A stretch of 63,123 nucleotides of DNA, the filler included. It is 4 parts of 4 records of this genome, joined end to end, with 100 filler letters (N's around TTAATTAATTAA, not from the genome) between each part and the next. Parts side by side here need not be neighbours in the genome. Positions count along the whole stretch, not along the records: positions 30,059 to 57,581 come from SRR20825006_1294; 3 more parts are not named here. One strand, given 5' to 3'. Shown here in pieces: positions 30,179 to 39,789 of this stretch; the stretch's first letter is position 1; each line of letters starts with the position of its first letter. The translations under genes were made by a program, and so were the position numbers. The notes under the pieces were generated by a model. That model was not told the origin of the DNA and made no database searches. It saw only the letters and a program-made list of their open reading frames with translations.

Positions 30179-31753
30179 ATGGCTGGCAAGTTGAGATACT
30201 TTGTAGAAGTGAAGGGTCGCTATATCGCGCGGATTTCAGTTCCTGAAAGATTGCGTCCTATCATCGGCAAGACGATGATTCAGGAAGCATTGGGCGGTGA
30301 CTACCGGCAAGCGGTAAAATTTCATGCTGGTGCTGTGTCACGGTTACAGGCGCAAATTGCCGACGCAGAGCGAAAGCTGGCGCTGCAAACCGGTCGAGGT
30401 AGCGAGGTGATTGAGCCTTTTCCTCTGACGCCGCAACAAATCGCTCTTAGCCATTACACGCAACGCCTTGCCGTGGATGATATGCTTCGCAATAGCAGTC
30501 CGGGGTTTGCAATGGTCGGCTTTGACGATTCATTCGTCTTGCGTCTTCGCAATGCGATTGCTGGTCGCGCTTCTGATAGTGAGCTTTCCTATTTGGTTGG
30601 CTCTCAGGTTGAACGCTTTCGGGCGGTTGGCAATCTATCCGCAGAGATCGGAAGTGACGAATGGCGCGCGATCGCCCGTGCCCTGTGCAGCGCTGAGCTA
30701 GAGGCGATGGAGCGGGCCTATGAGCGCGACGAAGGCGATTTTAGCGGCACCCCTAGCGCACCAATCATTCGGGATGCACAGCCGCCGGAAGACGCGCCTA
30801 AGAAGGTGAAACTCTCAAAGCTGTGGACTGATTACATCAAGGGCCGGGTTCAAGCCGGTTTCATGCGCGATAACGGCAAACGTCTTAACTCTGTGCAAGA
30901 GAGTCTTCGCAAGTTTCTGAAACATGACGATGCAAGCCGGGTCACAAAGAAAGACCTTATTGCGTGGCGCGAACACCTTATGGAAAGCCTCTCCGCAAAG
31001 ACTGTGAATGACATTTACTTGTCGGCTGTCCGGTCACTGTTCGCGTGGGCAGCGGAAAACGACATACTTTCGGAGAATGTTGCTGCGTCTGTGCGTCAAC
31101 CCAAGCCGAGAAAAGTCTATGGCCGTGAGCGCGGATACACCGACGCCGAAGCTGTGAAGGTGCTGAAAGCCTCACGCGCCTATCAGTCCAAGGCGGATGA
31201 GTTTGGCAATGTTCGTGAAGGTGAGCAAACTGCAAATATGAAGCGATGGGTGCCTATTATTTGCGCTTTCTCTGGTGCGAGGGTGTCCGAGATTACGCAG
31301 CTTCGGAAAGAGGATGTGCGGAAAGAGGGCGAGGTGTGGGTGATGCGTATCACGCCGGACGCCGGGACTGTCAAAGCGGGTGGGTATCGTGACGTGCCAT
31401 TGCACCCTCAGATCGTCAAAGAGGGTTTCTTGACGTTCGTGGACGAAGCCGAGGATGGCCCGCTTTTTCACAACGCAACCGAGCCGGAGAAATTCAAACG
31501 GGCTGCGGAGATCGTTTCTAACAAGTTATCCGACTGGCTTCGCGAGAGTGGTTTGACGCCGAAGGGGTTGCAACCGAACCACGCATGGCGGCACCGGCTT
31601 AAAACGCAGTGCCGTGAGCTTGGTCTCTCTGACCGTGTGGCGGATGCAATTCAGGGCCATGCAGGGAGGACTGCGGGCGACAACTACGGTGATGTAACGC
31701 TTTTCACGAAAGCGAAGGCAATCAATCAACTGCCGGAATACGATCTGGGCTAG
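30179..31753 (+). CDS. int: Tyrosine recombinase/integrase with DUF6538-like N-terminus
   Basis: SGARVSEI (R), TVK (K), HAWRH, QGH, DNYG (Y); next to att. Confidence 0.92.
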   Translation: MAGKLRYFVEVKGRYIARISVPERLRPIIGKTMIQEALGGDYRQAVKFHAGAVSRLQAQIADAERKLALQTGRGSEVIEPFPLTPQQIALSHYTQRLAVDDMLRNSSPGFAMVGFDDSFVLRLRNAIAGRASDSELSYLVGSQVERFRAVGNLSAEIGSDEWRAIARALCSAELEAMERAYERDEGDFSGTPSAPIIRDAQPPEDAPKKVKLSKLWTDYIKGRVQAGFMRDNGKRLNSVQESLRKFLKHDDASRVTKKDLIAWREHLMESLSAKTVNDIYLSAVRSLFAWAAENDILSENVAASVRQPKPRKVYGRERGYTDAEAVKVLKASRAYQSKADEFGNVREGEQTANMKRWVPIICAFSGARVSEITQLRKEDVRKEGEVWVMRITPDAGTVKAGGYRDVPLHPQIVKEGFLTFVDEAEDGPLFHNATEPEKFKRAAEIVSNKLSDWLRESGLTPKGLQPNHAWRHRLKTQCRELGLSDRVADAIQGHAGRTAGDNYGDVTLFTKAKAINQLPEYDLG

Positions 31754-31775
31754 TTTTACATGTCTGTTGGGATGT

Positions 31776-32321
31776 TCAGAAGGTTATGGCTTTAGCCGTC
31801 ACAATTCCCCAATCTCGACAAGATTTTTGCCCTGATGTGATTTGGGCAGATTCACACCACGGCACCTGAAGGTTTGCTTCAGGCTCTATTTCGAATTTTG
31901 CGGAAGTTTCTACTGTTGAGTTTGGCGGGAGCCAAGTGTCGGCGGTCAAGAAATAGGAGTTCAGCTTTCCATTCTCGTCGTAGATTTCCACAATAAACGT
32001 AATTTCTGTAATAATTCGATCTTCGTTTTTATTCGTTACGTTTGCCTTAAGCCCTTCTTCGCTGAGGTATCCGTTTCCGTTAAGGTTGCTAGCCCCACTC
32101 ATCGGCCTTTGGTGTTCCGTGGTGCATATCAAGCGTAGTTGCTCCTTTTCGAGCAGCTCCGTCGCATTTGTATTCATGCAGGCTTCGACTCCTTTAATGC
32201 TGCCGTGATAAATTACCTCTTTAACGCTTTCCACAGGCTTGCATGCTGAGGCCATTGAGGCGGCTAGCAATGAAATCAAAAAGCGAATTTTTATGATTTT
32301 TTTTGTCACGATACTTTCCAA
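31776..32321 (-). CDS. Accessory lipoprotein (FxLYD-like C-terminal domain possible)
   Basis: Basic N-terminus, hydrophobic stretch, ASAC lipobox; AT-rich; opposite strand; start uncertain. Confidence 0.6.
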   Translation of the reverse strand: MESIVTKKIIKIRFLISLLAASMASACKPVESVKEVIYHGSIKGVEACMNTNATELLEKEQLRLICTTEHQRPMSGASNLNGNGYLSEEGLKANVTNKNEDRIITEITFIVEIYDENGKLNSYFLTADTWLPPNSTVETSAKFEIEPEANLQVPWCESAQITSGQKSCRDWGIVTAKAITF

Positions 32322-32454
32322 GAAAGTTTGAATTTCGGTTAAGCCTACTTAACTTGCACTTCATAGCAAGTCGAAACGGCAATGGTTATGTGCCGTTCGC
32401 GGGCGGCAAGCTAGGATATATTCAGTAAGATTATTTAAAAATAATATGAAGCGG

Positions 32455-32489
32455 GGATTCACATTCTGTTCTAATTGGGGTATTATAAT
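32455..32489 (+). promoter_or_regulatory. Putative promoter of the morphogenesis operon
   Basis: TTCACA-17bp-TATTAT within GGATTCACATTCT, a motif repeated at 45197. Confidence 0.55.
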
Positions 32490-32519
32490 ACCGTTATTTG
32501 GTTAAAGTGTTTTCAGTCC

Positions 32520-33707
32520 GTGTTTAAAAAAGTCTTTTCAGCATTTTCAAAGAAGGCGGTGGTCGTCTCGACGTCTGCCGCTTTCCCTATTTTCAATATT
32601 ACACCCTCAATCTCAGGTCAGACCGTCACGGCAGATTCTGCCATGCGCGTTCCTGCCGTGGCCTGTGCGGTTTCTTTGATCGCCGAAACGGTCGGTAGTT
32701 TGCCTGTAAAGCTCTATGAGCGTGAGGGCAGGGCGTCCGTTACTGATCATCCGGCATATAAGCTTATGCATGATGAGGCGAACCCGTGGACTTCTGCGCA
32801 GTCTCTTCGCGAGCAACTGACGACTGACGCGCTTTTGTTTGGTCGCGGCTGTGCTTTGGTGGTGCGCAATGGCGCTGGCGATCCTGTTGAGCTTCACCGC
32901 CTCGAACCCTCTGCCGTGAACATCGAAACCGATGACTACGGCGAACCCACTTACATTGTGCAACAGACTGGCGGGCCGCAGCGCTACAGCATTACAGACA
33001 TTTTGCACGTCGAAGCCTTTGGTGGGGTCTCACCGATCCTTCTCGGTCGCGAGGCTATCGGTCTTGCGCTCGCGTTTGAACGCCATATCGCGCGGCTCTT
33101 TGCAAACGGTGGCAAACCCGGTGGCATCCTTAAATCAGAGAAAGCCCTTGGTGACGAAGCCAAGCGCAACCTTGCCGCAAGCTGGACCGCCGCGCATGGC
33201 GCTGGCAATTCCGGTGGCACGGCCATTTTAGACGAAGGCATGGCTTATGAAGCGGTGACGATGACGCTAACTGATGCGCAGTTCGCCGAGAACCGCCTTG
33301 AACAAATTCGCGAGATTGCCCGCGTGTTCCGGGTGCCGCCGACCATGCTCTTTGAATTGACGCGGGGCACGTGGTCCAACACCGAAGAAATGGCGCGCCA
33401 GTTTTTACAGATCACGCTCAAACCATGGCTGACGAATTGGGCATGGGCCTATGCGCGTTGTCTTCTGTCACCGGATGAGCGCCGTGAGCTTTATGCGGAG
33501 TTCATCACCGACGATCTCACCACGACCGACACCGCCGCCCGTGCGACCGCTTACGGTCAATACCGTTCTATGGGCGTCATGACTGCCAATGAGGTGCGCG
33601 CCGGTCTCAACCTGACGCCTCACGCGAATGGCAATGATCTGCAAAACCCATACACGACAACCGGCGCAATTTCCGCGCCTCAGAAAGAAGCTATTTCCAA
33701 TGAATAA
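32520..33707 (+). CDS. HK97-family portal protein
   Basis: VACAVSLIAETVGSLP, LFANGGKPGGIL, EIARVFRVPP, MTANEVRAGLNL; start approximate. Confidence 0.93.
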   Translation: MFKKVFSAFSKKAVVVSTSAAFPIFNITPSISGQTVTADSAMRVPAVACAVSLIAETVGSLPVKLYEREGRASVTDHPAYKLMHDEANPWTSAQSLREQLTTDALLFGRGCALVVRNGAGDPVELHRLEPSAVNIETDDYGEPTYIVQQTGGPQRYSITDILHVEAFGGVSPILLGREAIGLALAFERHIARLFANGGKPGGILKSEKALGDEAKRNLAASWTAAHGAGNSGGTAILDEGMAYEAVTMTLTDAQFAENRLEQIREIARVFRVPPTMLFELTRGTWSNTEEMARQFLQITLKPWLTNWAWAYARCLLSPDERRELYAEFITDDLTTTDTAARATAYGQYRSMGVMTANEVRAGLNLTPHANGNDLQNPYTTTGAISAPQKEAISNE

Positions 33708-34074
33708 GATTACCCACACCGGCTTTTTCGGTGATCGCGAGCGCCGCTTTTGCCTGACCGATCCCATGCTTGCCGAGCTTGAACGTATCACCGGCCTCGG
33801 TGTCGGTGCGCTCTATTTCCAATTTGTGAACCTCGCCTATCCGGCCAATGTGCTCACTGATGTGATCCGCCTCGGTTTGATCGGTGGTGGTGCCGACCCC
33901 GAAGAGGCAAAGCGTCTTTGTGAGACCTATGCCGCAAACCGCCCGCTGTCCGAGGTCTTCCCTTTGGCGTTTGACGTCATGGAGGCGCGTTGGAGCGGTG
34001 TGGATGCGAAAGACGAAGGCACCGAAGCCGCCGCGTCTGGCGATCTGGGGGCTTCCCTGAGTGTTGCCGCATGA
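33700..34074 (+). CDS. GTA-gp10-like tail assembly chaperone
   Basis: FFGDRERRFCL...LAELE...VIRLGLIGGG motif of 'gene transfer agent family' chaperones. Confidence 0.7.
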   Translation: MNKITHTGFFGDRERRFCLTDPMLAELERITGLGVGALYFQFVNLAYPANVLTDVIRLGLIGGGADPEEAKRLCETYAANRPLSEVFPLAFDVMEARWSGVDAKDEGTEAAASGDLGASLSVAA

Positions 34075-35603
34075 CCGAACGCCTCGAAATCAAAGCCGAT
34101 CTGAGCGTCACGGACACGGGCGAAATCACCGGGATTGCATGGCCGTTCGGCACTGCCGACCGGGTGGGCGACGTGATCGAAAAGGGTGCATTCTCCGGCC
34201 CGAAAACCCTCCCCATGCTCTTTGCACACGATCAATCGCAGGTGGTGGGCGTGTGGCACGAAATGACGGAAACCGACGCGGGCCTGACCGTCAAGGGTCG
34301 CCTGTTGATTGATGACGTTGAACGCGCTCGCGAAGTGCGCGCGATGGTGAAATCTGGAGCAATATCAGGACTTTCCATCGGGTTTGTCACCAAGAACGCG
34401 AGGCGCATGAATAAGGGCCGCAGGATCACCGCCCTTGAGCTTCACGAAATTAGCATTGTTGCCGTTCCGGCTCATCCGGGCGCGCAGATCACCTCTTTAA
34501 AATCATCGAATTTGAATAAGGAACTTTACATGGAAAACGAAGAAATCGAAACCCACGCACCGGAAGCCAAAGCGGCACCGGCCAATGAGCCACAGAACGA
34601 CACCAAGGCATTTGATCGTGTGAGCGCGCGCCTTGACGCTCTGGAAGCCAAGCTTAACCGCCCGACCGGCGCACCGGCGATTGCTCTCGGAAAAGCACCT
34701 GAGCAAAAGGCGTTTGTCTCCTATCTGCAAGGCAATGACGGCGAGAAGAAATCGCTCACTGTTGCAAACGACAATCCAAACTATGTGCTCGCCCCCGAAG
34801 ACACGTCGAGCGAGTTCATTCGCAATCTTGTCGAATTCTCGCCGATCCGGTCCATCGCCGATGTGCGCACTACGGCCTCGCACACTGTGCTTTTGCCGAA
34901 ACGGACCTCTATCACGAACGCGTTGTGGGTTGGCGAAACCAACGCCCGCACCGGCAGCGAGCCGACCTTTGATCAAGGCGAGATCGCGGTGAAAGAGATC
35001 GCAACCTTTGTGGACCTATCACTTCAACTTGCCGAAGACAGTGCGAACGTGCTGAGCGAGGTCAATCTCGCGTTGTCCGAAGACTTCGGTCAGAAAGAAG
35101 CGTTGTCCTTTGTGAATGGCAGCACCGCGCTTGAACCTGCGGGCTTTATGCAAGACGCCGAGATCGTCACCACGGCCAACGGCCATGCGACAACCTTGGA
35201 CGCTGACGCTCTTATCGCGATGATGTATTCGCTCTCTGCGACCTACCGCAGCGCCGGGACGTTCGTCATGAATGGCAACACCCTCGCCACGATCCGCTCT
35301 TTGAAAGACGGCAATGGTAATTACCTGTGGCAACCGTCCTACCAAGCTGGGCAACCTGAAACGATCCTTGGCCGCCCGGTGGTCGAAGCTGTGGACATGC
35401 CGGACGTTGCAGACGGTGCCGAACCGATCATCTTTGGCGACTTCAAACGCGGCTACCGCATTTATGATCGCCTGTCGCTGGCGGTTATGGCCGATCCTTA
35501 CTCGGTGCGCACCACGGGTCTTATGCGCTACCATGCGCGCCGCCGTGTCGGTGCCGGTGTGGTGCGTCCGACCGCCTTCCGCAAATTGGTCATGGCTGCA
35601 TAA
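34071..35603 (+). CDS. HK97 prohead protease fused in frame to the major capsid protein (internal capsid start 34530)
   Basis: MLFAHD, GLSIGF, EISIVAVPA protease; WVGE, LKDGNGNYLWQP, ILGRPV, IFGDF capsid; AAGGA RBS before ATG 34530. Confidence 0.92.
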   Translation: MTERLEIKADLSVTDTGEITGIAWPFGTADRVGDVIEKGAFSGPKTLPMLFAHDQSQVVGVWHEMTETDAGLTVKGRLLIDDVERAREVRAMVKSGAISGLSIGFVTKNARRMNKGRRITALELHEISIVAVPAHPGAQITSLKSSNLNKELYMENEEIETHAPEAKAAPANEPQNDTKAFDRVSARLDALEAKLNRPTGAPAIALGKAPEQKAFVSYLQGNDGEKKSLTVANDNPNYVLAPEDTSSEFIRNLVEFSPIRSIADVRTTASHTVLLPKRTSITNALWVGETNARTGSEPTFDQGEIAVKEIATFVDLSLQLAEDSANVLSEVNLALSEDFGQKEALSFVNGSTALEPAGFMQDAEIVTTANGHATTLDADALIAMMYSLSATYRSAGTFVMNGNTLATIRSLKDGNGNYLWQPSYQAGQPETILGRPVVEAVDMPDVADGAEPIIFGDFKRGYRIYDRLSLAVMADPYSVRTTGLMRYHARRRVGAGVVRPTAFRKLVMAA

Positions 35604-35606
35604 GCC

Positions 35607-36242
35607 ATGACGCCGCTTGCCCGCTTGGAAGAGGTCACAGTGTGTCATGCTGGTCATGTCGTGACACTGAGACCGACCTTGCGGGCAGCGATGACCCTTG
35701 AGCGTTTGCATGGGGGCTGGTCGGGCTTGCTCCTTAAGTTCGACCAATTCCAACTGACAACTGTGCAAACGCTCATTCGAGCCTCAGCGGTGAGCCAGAA
35801 GGCCGCTGAGGCTCTTTTGTCCTCTTTGGAGGGCGAACCCCTCAAACAGATCAAAGCGACTCTGGAAGGGCCATGTGTGGCGCTCTTGAGCATGTTCCTG
35901 ACGTCGCCCGGCGAGGGTGAAGGGCAGGGCGCACAGACGGCAAAACAGACCGGCAAAGCGCTGTCATGGTCCGACGCCTATGCAGAGCTTTACCAGATCG
36001 GCACAGGCTGGCTTGGATGGACGCCGAAAGAGACATGGGCCACGACACCGACCGAAATCACCGAAGCCTTCACCGGCAAAATCGCAATGCTGAAAGCCAT
36101 TCACGGCAGCAAAGAGGAAGAACCCGCGCAATCCCAAACAGATTACACGCCCGAACGCCTCAAAGAGATCGACGCGCTTGGCTATGATCCGGCCTTTGAT
36201 CGGGGCAAGTTGCATGGCCTGAAAGCACGGCTCAATGCCTAA
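35607..36242 (+). CDS. Second tail assembly chaperone (G+T-like fused form)
   Basis: LRPTLRAAMTLE N-terminus and GWLGWTPKETWATTPTEI C-terminal motif. Confidence 0.6.
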   Translation: MTPLARLEEVTVCHAGHVVTLRPTLRAAMTLERLHGGWSGLLLKFDQFQLTTVQTLIRASAVSQKAAEALLSSLEGEPLKQIKATLEGPCVALLSMFLTSPGEGEGQGAQTAKQTGKALSWSDAYAELYQIGTGWLGWTPKETWATTPTEITEAFTGKIAMLKAIHGSKEEEPAQSQTDYTPERLKEIDALGYDPAFDRGKLHGLKARLNA

Positions 36243-36576
36243 GCCGCCGCACGTCTGTTCCTGTGGTCGTGTTGTGCCGCATGGCGAACGCTGTGCCTGC
36301 CAGATCGCCCGCGCCCGTGCCCGAAACAAGCGCCACGATGCGAACAGGCCTACAGCCGCTATACGCGGGTATAACCACACATGGCGCAAAGCCCGCCTAG
36401 AGTTTTTGAGCTACCACCCGGTTTGCGTTCGCTGCGGCGCTCTGGCGACCGTTGTGGACCACATCACGCCGCACCGGGGTGACGATAAGCTGTTTTGGGA
36501 TAGGAGCAACTGGCAGGCGCTGTGCAAACCGTGTCATGATCGGTGGAAGCAGGGGGAAGAGCGCGCCCATGTCTGA
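36235..36576 (+). CDS. HNH endonuclease (terminase-associated, HK97 gp74-like)
   Basis: CVRC...VVDHITPHRGD...NWQALCKPCH. Confidence 0.9.
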   Translation: MPKPPHVCSCGRVVPHGERCACQIARARARNKRHDANRPTAAIRGYNHTWRKARLEFLSYHPVCVRCGALATVVDHITPHRGDDKLFWDRSNWQALCKPCHDRWKQGEERAHV

Positions 36577-37276
36577 GCGCGATCTTTGGGTCTCGGTTCT
36601 TCTTACCGCTGTGGAAGACGCGACAATCGGCATCGGTGGCGAAAGTGGTTCCTCGCGACAAACAAAGCTGCGCATGATCAAAGAGGCCCGCACGTTCCTG
36701 ACGAAATCAAGTGAAGACTTGCAAATCGTCTGTGATGGCGCGGGCCTCAATATGGTGCAAGTTGTCGAACACATGCGCAAACGGATCGCGGATGCGCCAC
36801 CGCCAAGCGAACTTATCCAAGGTGTGCAGAAACGGAAGTCAGCGATCAACGCGCGCGAGCGTGATCGTAAAGAGAAACGGCCTATACCGACCTATACGCA
36901 CAACGGCGAAACCCTGACACTCTCGGAATGGTCTGAGCGCACCGGCCTTAGGGTGAGCACTATTCAGGGGCGTTTTAGCCGTGGGTGGTCGATTGCACGG
37001 GCATTGTCTGTGAGCACACAAGAGGCGCAGCAACAGGCGCGGGAAGAGGTGCAAGGACGTGCGCGTCATCAAGCGTCCAAGAAGACATGGCGGCGTGGCA
37101 GTGCGCCGCTGATGATTACCCACAAAGGCGAGACATTGACCGTCAAAGAGTGGTCGGTTCGAACAGGTATCAACGCCGGAACGATCAAGACGCGCCTTAG
37201 AAAAGGAATGCCGATGGGTAAGGTGCTGACGGTGGGTGATTTGCGTGGAGTGCAACGCGCGATGTTATTGGAATAA
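36569..37276 (+). CDS. Putative DNA-binding protein with two THxGETLTxxEWSxRTG repeats
   Basis: LWVSVLLTAVEDA..VCDGAGL N-domain plus a duplicated HTH-like module. Confidence 0.55.
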   Translation: MSERDLWVSVLLTAVEDATIGIGGESGSSRQTKLRMIKEARTFLTKSSEDLQIVCDGAGLNMVQVVEHMRKRIADAPPPSELIQGVQKRKSAINARERDRKEKRPIPTYTHNGETLTLSEWSERTGLRVSTIQGRFSRGWSIARALSVSTQEAQQQAREEVQGRARHQASKKTWRRGSAPLMITHKGETLTVKEWSVRTGINAGTIKTRLRKGMPMGKVLTVGDLRGVQRAMLLE

Positions 37277-37329
37277 ATTGACTAGTTTGGATATCATCTA
37301 TAGCACTCTCACGACTGTAGGAGATAATC

Positions 37330-37644
37330 ATGACGAAAGATCAAAATCCTGAACACTTCGATCCGGCTGCGCTCGAAGTGAAAGATGACGGATCGGCGGT
37401 CACCACTTTTGTTGATGGAATCCATGGTTTGAGCATGCTTGACGGTTTCGTGGTGTTTAACCTAACGAGAACAACAGTTCCGGCGCCATCGAAAGGAAAA
37501 GCAAGAGAGCCCTATGTAGAAGTTGTTGAGCGGCTTGCCATTCCTGCAAACTCTTTTGGTAGGATTGCGCATTTTATCTGGAATAATTTAAAGTTGATGG
37601 AAGAACACGGTGTGTTGGAGCCGGATGAGGGTGAAAATGGCTGA
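37330..37644 (+). CDS. Hypothetical accessory protein (DUF3467-like pattern)
   Basis: GGAG RBS; FVDG..VVFNL..VERLAIP pattern; AT-richer than flanking genes. Confidence 0.55.
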   Translation: MTKDQNPEHFDPAALEVKDDGSAVTTFVDGIHGLSMLDGFVVFNLTRTTVPAPSKGKAREPYVEVVERLAIPANSFGRIAHFIWNNLKLMEEHGVLEPDEGENG

Positions 37645-38149
37645 TAAGGCACTTGATAATTCTGGTGCGTCATCCATAGTTTTGTTTGATGATTATACCG
37701 AAGGCCCACGTATTCAAAAAATGTCAGGTGGGTCTGGTGGTGGCGGAGGTTCGACGTTGGACGCAGTTACGCAAGCATATGTTGACGCGAAGTCTGAAAG
37801 TGTGAAAGCAGCCAATGACGCTCGTTTTGCAGAGGTGGTGAGTGAATTAAAGGTGCTTGAGGCCGCAGTGAATGGGCAGCCAAAGCCTGCAAGTATTCCC
37901 GCTATTTCTGGAGTTGTATTTGCTGCTCTGGCAACGGGTATCGGTGTGCTAGCCTTCGCTTCAGATCGCTTCGATGGAGGCGTTGCAGCAACTTCAATTG
38001 TATCTGAGGCTGTTAAGGAAATTAGCTTGCTCCAGTCAGCTCGGGATGACGCTCAAGATGCAACTCTCAACCGTATTCTGTTTGCTGTTGAGCAGAATAG
38101 CTCAGAAATCCAAGACCTTATCAAAGTCAGCGGGGCTGGTCAGGAGTAG
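37637..38149 (+). CDS. Hypothetical accessory coiled-coil/TM protein
   Basis: Overlaps the previous stop; Gly linker, coiled coil, one TM helix. Confidence 0.55.
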   Translation: MADKALDNSGASSIVLFDDYTEGPRIQKMSGGSGGGGGSTLDAVTQAYVDAKSESVKAANDARFAEVVSELKVLEAAVNGQPKPASIPAISGVVFAALATGIGVLAFASDRFDGGVAATSIVSEAVKEISLLQSARDDAQDATLNRILFAVEQNSSEIQDLIKVSGAGQE

Positions 38150-38230
38150 GCCGGCGTGGTCTTCAACTTTACCCCATCTGAGAGGACCGGCGGGGGGAGG
38201 TCTCTGCACGATTTGCGTTAAATAACTTTT
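38149..38230 (+). other. Candidate cos/packaging site
   Basis: Non-coding GGCGTGGTC..AACTTT..GGACCGGCGGGGGGAGG..AAATAACTTTT, resembling HK97-type cos regions; downstream of HNH. Confidence 0.5.
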
Positions 38231-38291
38231 CCATATCATTCGTTTGTGATATATCAATATTATTGATGCATTGTTTCCGAGTGATTTTTTT

Positions 38292-38576
38292 ATGCCCATT
38301 ACGCCCGTGGCCTCGCTCAAGGCCCATTTGAATCTTGAGCACGATCTAGACGACGATCTTTTGACTTCCAAACTCGATGCCGCCGAAGGCTATGCAGCGA
38401 ACTATATCGGCGCGGCCATTTCTGAGCCGGTCCCGGCGACGATCACGCAAGCCGTGTTGATGTTGGCGGGCTTTTGGTATGAGCACCGCGAAGCCGCGCA
38501 GTCGGGCGGCAACGCCTATATCGTGCCCTTCGGTGTGCATGATCTGTTGCAAGCCTCTCGCAAGTGGGCGGTGTGA
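38292..38576 (+). CDS. Head-tail connector (gp6-like)
   Basis: LKAHLNLEHDLDDDLL...QAVLMLAGFWYEHRE. Confidence 0.9.
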   Translation: MPITPVASLKAHLNLEHDLDDDLLTSKLDAAEGYAANYIGAAISEPVPATITQAVLMLAGFWYEHREAAQSGGNAYIVPFGVHDLLQASRKWAV

Positions 38577-38577
38577 C

Positions 38578-39057
38578 ATGGCGAGTGATTTACAAGCACA
38601 GTCCAAACGCCTCGCCGCGCGCCTTGAGGCGATCCCGTCCGAGATCGTGAAAGAGCTTCGTCCGGCCCTCATTCAATCCGCCGATGATCTGGCACAAGTC
38701 GCCAAAGCTCTCGCACCAGAAGACGAAGGCGATCTAAAGCGCTCAATCGAAGTGACGCCGCCGGGTGGCATGACGCCCGCCTATGCGCAGGGTGGTGGAC
38801 GCCGCCAAGCGGGTGAGAACCAAGCGCTTGTGACGGTTGGCAATCCCGATCAACGCCACGGGCATCTTGTTGAATTTGGCACCAAGCCGCACAAAAACGG
38901 TGGACAATTTGAAGGCACGGATCACCCCGGCACAGAGGCACAGCCGTTTCTTTTGCCCGCAATGCGTCTGACACAGGGGCGCAATCTTCGCCGGATCGGT
39001 CGCGCGATTGGCAAGGCGGTGCGCAATGCTGCGAAGAGCGGGGGCGGCAATGCTTGA
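38578..39057 (+). CDS. HK97 gp10-family tail-completion/neck protein
   Basis: APEDEGDLKRSI, HLVEFGT, AQPFLLPA. Confidence 0.85.
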   Translation: MASDLQAQSKRLAARLEAIPSEIVKELRPALIQSADDLAQVAKALAPEDEGDLKRSIEVTPPGGMTPAYAQGGGRRQAGENQALVTVGNPDQRHGHLVEFGTKPHKNGGQFEGTDHPGTEAQPFLLPAMRLTQGRNLRRIGRAIGKAVRNAAKSGGGNA

Positions 39058-39472
39058 TCCCGTGCTTGGCTTTCAAACCGCAATTCGCCAAAGCCTGCTT
39101 GTATCGCCGGATGTGACCGCTCTTGTTGAGGCGAAAAACATCCGCGCCGGGGGTGGACGTCCTGACAAACTCCCCTCGGTGCTCTTCTCAAACGCACAAA
39201 CCGAATACCTCGGACGCGCAGCCGGATCGCAGCGCATGGCGCGCGTGTTCCTGATGCTGCATGTCTGGGCACAGGAAGACGGTGCCGACACCGCGCGTCA
39301 GATCGGTGCGGCGGTGTTTGAGGCGTTGGAATTTGGCCCGCAAGCCAATGGCGAGATTTTTGTAGATGAATGGCACACGCCGACCGTGGTGTGGGTGCGC
39401 GATCCGCACCCGAACCTGACGCTCACCCATGGCGCAATGGGCCTTGAGGCCGTGGTCCGGTGGAAGGTGTGA
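39050..39472 (+). CDS. DUF3168-family tail terminator
   Basis: FQTAIRQSL, LHVW, RDP...THG pattern. Confidence 0.75.
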   Translation: MLDPVLGFQTAIRQSLLVSPDVTALVEAKNIRAGGGRPDKLPSVLFSNAQTEYLGRAAGSQRMARVFLMLHVWAQEDGADTARQIGAAVFEALEFGPQANGEIFVDEWHTPTVVWVRDPHPNLTLTHGAMGLEAVVRWKV

Positions 39473-39474
39473 CC

Positions 39475-39789
39475 ATGAGAGCAGGTAAACTTGACCGGCA
39501 AGTGAGCTTTGAACGCCGTTCGCAAGAGGTGCAGGACACCGGCGCAACGCTTGAAACGTGGACCACGTTTTTGACGGTGCGGGCAGAGGTGCGGGATTTG
39601 ATGGCCGATGAGATCGCGCTTGATCTCGGTGAAGGCGAAAAGGCAACACGGGTCTTTGTGATCCGTTGGACGCCGGAGACGATCACCACCGAGGACCGGG
39701 TGACATACAACGGCCAAAGCTATGACATTCGCCAGATTGCCGAGATCGGTCGCCGTGGTGGCCTACAGATCACGGGGGCGACGGTATGA
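39475..39789 (+). CDS. Head closure/head-tail adaptor (SPP1 gp16-like)
   Basis: MRAGKLDRQV...FVIRW...DRVTYNGQSYDI. Confidence 0.88.
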   Translation: MRAGKLDRQVSFERRSQEVQDTGATLETWTTFLTVRAEVRDLMADEIALDLGEGEKATRVFVIRWTPETITTEDRVTYNGQSYDIRQIAEIGRRGGLQITGATV

